Origin: Candidatus Bathyarchaeia archaeon
GTDB taxonomy: Archaea; Thermoproteota; Bathyarchaeia; Bathyarchaeales; Bathycorpusculaceae
Direction of reading: 5' to 3'
Length of the DNA: 64,000 bases
NCBI GenBank assembly: GCA_038882655.1
Contig: JAVZNT010000001.1
Location: 1-64,000 of the forward strand
A program made the position numbers and the translations under genes. The notes below the pieces were generated by a model that saw only the letters and a list, made by a program, of their open reading frames with translations, did not search any database and was not told the origin of the DNA. This document shows, piece by piece, positions 58,353 to 64,000 of the stretch (the stretch's first letter is position 1; the number at the start of each line of letters is the position of its first letter).

Positions 58353-60077
58353 ATGACCGAAATCCACCTAACCACACTAGAAAAACTCCGCGAACACGAA
58401 GAAACAGACCCAACACACCTAAAAGAACTAACACAACAAATAGCCACGGACAAAATCCTAAAACAACCAATAGTTGTCGACGAAAAAACAAACACAATAT
58501 TGGACGGAGAACACCGCTTCAACGCCCTTAAAAGCCTCGGATGCAAAAGAATCCCAGTAATCTACGTGGATTACAACTCGCCAAACATCGTGGTCCAAAC
58601 ATGGAGAAACAGCTATAGCCTAACAAAAAGGGATGTTGTGGAAGCCGCTTTGTCTGGTAAGCGTTTTCCGCCTAAAACAACATGCCACATGATAAAAAAC
58701 AGTGAAACTCTGTCGCATCTATCGTCTATTGAGAAGAGGGTTGACATTCCTCTTGAAGTGCTGAAAAGCGAACTTACGCTTACCTCCATAAAAAATGTGA
58801 AAGTCGCCATGAATGTTGAACTCACAGATGTTCTGCCGGTATACGCTAGCTTCCTTAAAACAAAAGTTATTGATGTTCCCCTGATAATAGATAAGCGGAC
58901 AGGCGTTTTACTACATGGTTATGAAGCCTTCCAAGCGCTCGACCTACTCTCAGTAGAGAAAGCACCAACGTTTAAGGTGAACTTGAAAAAAGTGGAAATC
59001 AAGGTACCAAACATGGAAAACTTGTCTAAAGAAAGGATAATCGAAGCTGGGATTAATGGACCAAAACTCCCGCCAAAAAGTTTTACCCTCCTCACGGAGC
59101 CGGTCAAAATTAGTGTTCCTCTGGAGCGGTTAGTGGCTGAAAAGAGGCAAAGCAGCAAACTGCTTAAAGTTTACAATGGTACTTTAGAATTGCTTTATGA
59201 GGGGTGGCCAACCCCTCTTGTAAAGCTAAATTCCTTGTCTTCTGCTTTTCGCAGCGTTTGGGCTAAGCTTGAATGCTACAATCCCTTTAGCAACAGCATA
59301 AAGGACAGAATAGGCTGGGCAATGATTAAAGAAGCTATGGAAAATGGAGAACTTAAAACGCTTTTGTATGAAGCTACATCCACAAATACGGGGATAGCCC
59401 TAACCTCCATAGCCAACACCCTCGGCGTGAAAACAAGGCTTTACATACCAAAAACCATACAAAAAGCAAGCGACATCTACCTTGAAGTTCTCGGAGCAGA
59501 GGTCGTGCGGCTTCCAGTAGGCTTAACTGTTGAGGCAATAAGCCAAGTGGAAAAGGAGGCAAAAGCCGACAAGGCTGCACACCTAAACCAATTTGAAAAC
59601 GATGCCAACTTCAAAGTTCACCTAAAAAATACAGCTAGAGAAATAGACGAGCAGCTAAATAGCCTTGGCTTAAAGCCCACATGCATAATCGGCGGACTTG
59701 GAACATCAGGCCATATAAGCGCCATATCCTACTACTTCAAATCCAAATACGAAGACGATGTAAAAATCGTAGGTGTCCAACCAGCCCAAAACGAGATTAT
59801 CCCGGGCATTAGGAGGATAGAAACAGGCATGAAATGGTACCATAACGTATGCTTCGACGAAGTAGTGGACGTGAAGCAGACAGAAGCCATAGAAGGTGCA
59901 ATAAAAATAGCGAGAAAAGAAGGTCTACTTGTAGGGTTAAGCTCCGGAGCCGTTGTTTACGCCTTCCAGAAAATTGCCGAAGAAAAAGGCATATACGTTC
60001 TCGTTTTCCCAGACAGCGGATACAAGTATGTAGAACAGTTTGAAAAATATTTGGCAAGCGTTTCGCCGAAAAACTAG
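58353..60077 (+). CDS. Fusion of two SerK/ParB-like domains and a PLP-dependent cysteine synthase (O-phosphoserine sulfhydrylase type)
   Basis: LREHEE, ILDGEHR, TW, TK..V, PPKTT.H; degenerate second copy; WPTPLV, KLE.YNPFS.SIKDR, GLGTSGH, IPGIRR, PDSG.KY. Confidence 0.85.
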   Translation: MTEIHLTTLEKLREHEETDPTHLKELTQQIATDKILKQPIVVDEKTNTILDGEHRFNALKSLGCKRIPVIYVDYNSPNIVVQTWRNSYSLTKRDVVEAALSGKRFPPKTTCHMIKNSETLSHLSSIEKRVDIPLEVLKSELTLTSIKNVKVAMNVELTDVLPVYASFLKTKVIDVPLIIDKRTGVLLHGYEAFQALDLLSVEKAPTFKVNLKKVEIKVPNMENLSKERIIEAGINGPKLPPKSFTLLTEPVKISVPLERLVAEKRQSSKLLKVYNGTLELLYEGWPTPLVKLNSLSSAFRSVWAKLECYNPFSNSIKDRIGWAMIKEAMENGELKTLLYEATSTNTGIALTSIANTLGVKTRLYIPKTIQKASDIYLEVLGAEVVRLPVGLTVEAISQVEKEAKADKAAHLNQFENDANFKVHLKNTAREIDEQLNSLGLKPTCIIGGLGTSGHISAISYYFKSKYEDDVKIVGVQPAQNEIIPGIRRIETGMKWYHNVCFDEVVDVKQTEAIEGAIKIARKEGLLVGLSSGAVVYAFQKIAEEKGIYVLVFPDSGYKYVEQFEKYLASVSPKN

Positions 60078-60221
60078 AGAGGGGCTATCCAATTTAACAA
60101 TTATTTAGACAGCTAATAATTGACGTTGAAGAGGTGGAACGAGAAATTTTGCTTTTAGCCTTTCATCAACAAGAATAGGTTTTTAAGCACCTTTCGTTCT
60201 TTTAGAAAGGCTTGGATTACG

Positions 60222-60629
60222 ATGAAAAATTTAGCCACACTTAAAGTAAAAGTTAGCAGAATTATGACAAGAAACCTCATCACGGTTTCAGTTGGCAGCA
60301 CAGTGGAAGATGCTGTGAAAAAAATGATTGAATACGATGTGGAATGTCTACCCGTCATCGACTTGAAAGGCATTTTACAAGGCTTACTAACCTTCAGAGA
60401 CATAATAACAAAAGCCGTTTATTCACAGGCTAATGTAAGAAAGCTAAAAGTTGAAGACATAATGACAAAGGACCTTGTAACATGCCGACCCAACAACACC
60501 GTTCTCGACGTTGCTAAAACAATGAAAAATAGGCATCTCAGAAGAATCCCAGTAGTAAACGCCAAAAACAAACTTGTTGGTCTAATAACAGACTTTGACT
60601 TGGCGTTGTTCGGATGTGACTTCAAATAG
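60222..60629 (+). CDS. CBS domain pair protein
   Basis: VSRIMT..LITV, LPVID, VEDIMT..LVT, RRIPVV..LVGLIT. Confidence 0.92.
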   Translation: MKNLATLKVKVSRIMTRNLITVSVGSTVEDAVKKMIEYDVECLPVIDLKGILQGLLTFRDIITKAVYSQANVRKLKVEDIMTKDLVTCRPNNTVLDVAKTMKNRHLRRIPVVNAKNKLVGLITDFDLALFGCDFK

Positions 60630-60639
60630 CCCTAAGCCA

Positions 60640-61011
60640 TCAACGAGAAACGCGTTCCCCATAAATCTTTTCCAAAAGCCTTTTGAGGATTCTCGCCTTA
60701 CGTTTAAACTCTTCCTTGGAAACTGTGTGCCTCATGGGGCACAACTTATCTAAGGCTACGCCTTCGCCGTCCACATAAATAACTGTGTAAAGGCGGCACC
60801 CTAAAGGTCTTATCTTATAAACTCGACACCTCTTTTCAGTTGGGCTGTAGAAGTAGCACCAACTATCAACATTTCTAAGACGTGGCACATCATCACGTAC
60901 AACCATAAAATCCTCTGGACGATAGCCAGCATACACCAACCGCTCTACGTCATCACTTGAAAGCTCCATCTCAGTTTCATGACAGCATTCCCCACAGCCA
61001 GAACAATGCAT
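60640..61011 (-). CDS. YkgJ-family cysteine-cluster protein
   Basis: C..CG.CC, CYF, C.VY..RP.GCR.Y. Confidence 0.88.
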   Translation of the reverse strand: MHCSGCGECCHETEMELSSDDVERLVYAGYRPEDFMVVRDDVPRLRNVDSWCYFYSPTEKRCRVYKIRPLGCRLYTVIYVDGEGVALDKLCPMRHTVSKEEFKRKARILKRLLEKIYGERVSR

Positions 61012-61045
61012 AACTGCCGTTTAAGGCGTTTAGGGTGATTTCTTT

Positions 61046-61133
61046 TGGCGCCGGGAGTGGGATTCGAACCCACGCGGCCCAAAAGGGCCACAGGCTCTCA
61101 AGGCCTGCGCGTTATCCACTCCGCCATCCCGGC
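61046..61133 (-). tRNA. tRNA-Ser(TGA), CCA encoded
   Basis: GCCGGGA/TCCCGGC-G-CCA, CAGGC-CTTGAGA-GCCTG, long variable arm GGCCC-TTTT-GGGCC, GTTCGAATC. Confidence 0.96.
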
Positions 61134-61249
61134 AACAACTGCCACTCTCCTAAAACCATTCTAAACTTTAAATCTTTATCCAAACCCTTCAATAAGCTAA
61201 GAGACGAATCAGCTATATATCAGAAATGCGAGAAACTATTCCCGGAAAG

Positions 61250-61324
61250 GGGCCGGTAGTCTAGCTCGGTTAGGACATCCGCTTGACGTGCGGAAGGTCA
61301 CCGGTTCAAATCCGGTCCGGCCCA
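61250..61324 (+). tRNA. tRNA-Val(GAC)
   Basis: GGGCCGG/CCGGCCC-A, TCCGC-TTGACGT-GCGGA, GTTCAAATC. Confidence 0.96.
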
Positions 61325-61403
61325 CTAATGTGTTTTTTGTTGCACGCTTGTGCAAAAAGGTTTATTAAATATTAATATTCTGCATACTAATGAGGCGTTT
61401 AAC

Positions 61404-61784
61404 ATGCCTGAAAATATAACAACATTGGCAAGGTATGGTGGCGGATATTATCTTCTGAAGCGTGATGGCGCAACCTGCGATGGTTGTGGCGAAAACTTTG
61501 AAAGACCAATTTTGGCAACCATTGTTTCTGGCAGTTCTTCTAGAACCTATTATGCTTGTCCACGCTGCCTAACAAAGGTTGGAGATGTAAAACCCGCGAG
61601 GCATGACAGAAGCGAGGAAGAGGGAAAAGCCTCCACTGTTGTTGTGCGCAAAAAAGGGGAAAGCGAATCAGAAGGGGCGAAGTGTGAGCATTTTCTCGGT
61701 TATTTGAAGAAGCGTCCAAAGAATACGCCGATACCGGACGAGTGTTTAACTTGTAGCAGAATGATTGAGTGTCTAGCCTATTAA
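61404..61784 (+). CDS. Double zinc-finger protein (paralog of 54297..54686); start uncertain
   Basis: CDGCGENFERP...YYACPRCL and CEHFLGYL...PDECLTC...EC. Confidence 0.72.
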   Translation: MPENITTLARYGGGYYLLKRDGATCDGCGENFERPILATIVSGSSSRTYYACPRCLTKVGDVKPARHDRSEEEGKASTVVVRKKGESESEGAKCEHFLGYLKKRPKNTPIPDECLTCSRMIECLAY

Positions 61785-61845
61785 TGTAAACGGGTAAACT
61801 TTAAAGCATTGCCATGAGCCATAGTGAGTTTAGCGAGGCTGCTCT

Positions 61846-62541
61846 TTGCTCCCATTGAAAGATTTAAACCGTCCGTTTAGCACTCCCCACGTTAACCATA
61901 TGCTGTTAATTGTAAACGTTGTCATATTCGTGGTTTACTGGCTTTCCGACATAGGAATTTACTTTCCACCTGCGGTTGCAGAGAAAATCGGGTCTGATTT
62001 TGTCATGTATCCAAGCGAGGTTGTCCATGGGCAGAGGCTTTACACTTTAGTGACGTCCATGTTTATGCATGCTGATTGGCTACACTTGCTTGGAAACATG
62101 CTCTTTCTCTACATTTTCGGAGACAATGTTGAAGACATTTTTGGGCATCTAGGCTATCTAGTATTCTATATATTTTGCGGCTTAGCAGCAGCCTTCACCC
62201 ACATTTTAAGCATATACCTCGTTCCAGCCTACCAAAACCCAGAACTTCTTACCGCCGGGGTTGTGGGAGCTTCCGGGGCAATTTCCGGGGTTCTAGGAGC
62301 CTATCTCGTGCTTTTTCCAAAGGCTAGAATTCTAGCTCTGGTCATCTATTTTATATTGCCAATTCCTGCTGTAATTTTTCTAGGCGTCTGGTTTCTCATT
62401 CAATGGCTTTACGTAATATTTAAAGTCTACAGCGAAGTTGCCTACTGGGCGCATATAGGCGGCTTCATAGCCGGAATGATTTTGGCACTAGCCTTCGGGC
62501 TTAAGCGGAAAAGGGAGAAAATGGCTAGGCTTCTTCGTTAG
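61846..62541 (+). CDS. Rhomboid intramembrane serine protease
   Basis: TSMFMH..WLHLLGNM, GASGA, AHIGG. Confidence 0.95.
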   Translation: MLPLKDLNRPFSTPHVNHMLLIVNVVIFVVYWLSDIGIYFPPAVAEKIGSDFVMYPSEVVHGQRLYTLVTSMFMHADWLHLLGNMLFLYIFGDNVEDIFGHLGYLVFYIFCGLAAAFTHILSIYLVPAYQNPELLTAGVVGASGAISGVLGAYLVLFPKARILALVIYFILPIPAVIFLGVWFLIQWLYVIFKVYSEVAYWAHIGGFIAGMILALAFGLKRKREKMARLLR

Positions 62542-62563
62542 TTTTCCAGCTTTGACGATTTGC

Positions 62564-62626
62564 GGGGTCTGGCCGTCATGAGTTCCTCATGTGCATCTAT
62601 CAGACTGGGACGGCGTCATCATCCCC
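62564..62626 (-). ncRNA. C/D-box methylation guide sRNA
   Basis: GGGG-ATGATGA(C)-12 nt-CTGA(D')-9 nt-ATGAGGA(C')-12 nt-CAGA(D variant)-CCCC; TTTATCA about 25-30 nt upstream. Confidence 0.8.
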
Positions 62627-62697
62627 CAGTAAATTGACAGCGTCCCCCATTGATAAAGTCTTTGCCCATAGCAGCCTTGATGAGTGTAGTGGAGCAT

Positions 62698-63348
62698 TTA
62701 CGATATGTACTCGTATTCTAATACGACGCCCATCACGTATAAGCTATAACTATTTTCAGAGAGGTATATGTGGACGCCATAGGCGCAATTTTTGTTATCG
62801 ATTACGTGGTAAACTGCATCATCAATTAGCCATACTCGCCCAGAGGTATCTGCAGTAGATGTACTGACCTCTGCTATTATACCATAAACACCGCTAGTCA
62901 AGTTGTGCTCGCTTAGAGAAACATAAACATACCCCGTATTTGATGCGTCTGTTACGAGAACACTTATTTTTGTTATGTTAATCCCGTCAGGCAATTGAAC
63001 AGTTGCGAAGAAAATACCCAAGCCCTTTAGATAGCCAGCTCCTTTATCATAGGTTTGTGTGTTAGTTAAAGGTAAGAATGCCTCTGAGGGAATGGAGGCG
63101 TAGTTTTTCTTAGATATTCTTGATTCTAACGTTTCAACTTGGTTTTCTAATTCGAGGATTTTCAATTGAAGCTGATAAAGGGTAACATTCATATCATTTA
63201 TATTCATTTCAAGCGTAGTTGCATCAGCTTATAATGTGGAGAGGTTAGAACGTAAGTTGGTAAGTTCTCCATTCACAAAGGCAAAAGCCACAGCTAATAT
63301 TATAATGCCGGTAAGAGTAACCGCAATCAAATAATTTTTCCAGTCCAA
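62698..63348 (-). pseudogene. Membrane-anchored coiled-coil protein interrupted by an in-frame TAA (63229-63231)
   Basis: GGAGGTGA + TTG start, TM MDWKNYLIAVTLTGIIILAVAFAF, then stop, then the same frame continues into ORF 62698..63207. Confidence 0.65.
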
Positions 63349-63389
63349 ACAATCACCTCCTTTTTAAACTACAATGATTCAGCAATTAG

Positions 63390-63728
63390 TTAGAAGGCTG
63401 AATTAATGCTTTGCGAAAATTTTCTAGAAAGCGCCTTTAAAGTACCCGAAACCATTAAAACATGAACCGCTGCAGGCTTACCCATTATTTCTGTTATTGA
63501 CGCAATTGCAGCTCTAAGCTTTTCAACCTCTGTATGAGCCGTGCGAATTACGGCGAGTCTTTTTTCCACGTCGCAGTCTATCAATTTTAAGCCTATCTTG
63601 CTTGCGCCGTATTCGCCATAAAGCCTTAAAATTGCACTCCATAAAGCGTCGAGAAGATCCCTTGCTTCAAACGCTCCCGTAGAATCTATTTTTAGGGCCA
63701 GGTAACGGCGCCTCATTTTTATTGGCAA
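63390..63728 (-). CDS. rnp2: Ribonuclease P protein component 2 (Pop5/Rpp14)
   Basis: RRRYL, L.GE.G, VIR, VSGTLKAL. Confidence 0.9.
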   Translation of the reverse strand: MPIKMRRRYLALKIDSTGAFEARDLLDALWSAILRLYGEYGASKIGLKLIDCDVEKRLAVIRTAHTEVEKLRAAIASITEIMGKPAAVHVLMVSGTLKALSRKFSQSINSAF

Positions 63729-64000
63729 TCTTTTCCCATCCTTATTAGGCGTATTCCCGGAGCAACAAAGCGAGAACTAAGCTTTTCGCGGTTCCTCTTA
63801 ACAATCGCAAAAGGATTTTTTGAAACAGTGTCTAAGGCTGAGGGTTTGTCTAAATCAAAAAGGGTTGTTAACGCTGCCATTTCAAGAGGTTTTCTCAACA
63901 GTAGCTCACTTGTTGCGCTACTTGAAACTACAATTGGCACGTGAAAGTCTTTAGCTATGGCTGCCTCCCTCCGCAAAGTTGACAGAAGCCTTATTCTGGC
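63719..64000 (-). CDS. rnp3: Ribonuclease P protein component 3 (Rpp30), 3' part only
   Basis: PIVVSSSA....LR.P.E...L, NP..I, FVAPGIR; adjacent to rnp2. Confidence 0.85.
   Translation of the reverse strand, partial: ARIRLLSTLRREAAIAKDFHVPIVVSSSATSELLLRKPLEMAALTTLFDLDKPSALDTVSKNPFAIVKRNREKLSSRFVAPGIRLIRMGKDCQ

Noticed and set aside
58353-58760. ParB chromosome-partition or plasmid/mobile signature
   Set aside because: No HTH, no parA nearby, motifs fit SerK/SbnI-like kinases, and it is fused to a PLP enzyme.
61046-61324. tRNA pair as an integration site for a mobile element
   Set aside because: No integrase and no duplicated tRNA 3' end noticed in the window.
62589-62858. 89-aa plus-strand ORF
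   Set aside because: Overlaps the C/D sRNA and the antisense gene; no protein-like features.
63229-63231. Both nonsense lesions (19803 and 63229) fall at codon 40 of exported proteins
   Set aside because: Different stop codons and contexts, and only two cases; most likely coincidence.

Overview
Archaeal chromosomal segment, most consistent with Bathyarchaeia/TACK. This placement is inferred from gene content: MCM, GINS, PriS/PriL, PCNA, RFC, aIF2-alpha, Nop10, Rpo12, TFS, Rnp2/Rnp3 and a BHB-type tRNA intron. Most of the window is housekeeping (replication, translation, tRNA modification, nucleotide-sugar and amino-acid metabolism). It contains three tRNAs (Leu-GAG with intron, Ser-TGA, Val-GAC); I recognised no CRISPR array, integrase or transposase. 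The most notable items are: (1) a 24.1-31.9 kb glutamate-node locus with an RHH + tandem V4R-like protein, a glutamate dehydrogenase carrying a tandem-repeat N-terminal extension, a Walker-A-dead KaiC/RAD55-like protein, a stand-alone FMN glutamate-synthase-like protein and a second GDH, linked by recurring TGT(A/T)CA boxes and two perfectly identical tracts between the GDH paralogs; (2) a fusion of two SerK/ParB-like domains to an O-phosphoserine-sulfhydrylase-type cysteine synthase, with twin palindromic operators and a divergent HTH regulator; (3) an unannotated C/D-box sRNA whose guides appear to match the 23S rRNA peptidyl-transferase centre; (4) a nucleotide-sugar dehydrogenase lacking its catalytic residues, two paralogous double-zinc-finger proteins (one apparently starting at ACG), a glycosylation island between priL and priS, and three disrupted genes. 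All family calls come from motif recognition by eye, not database searches.
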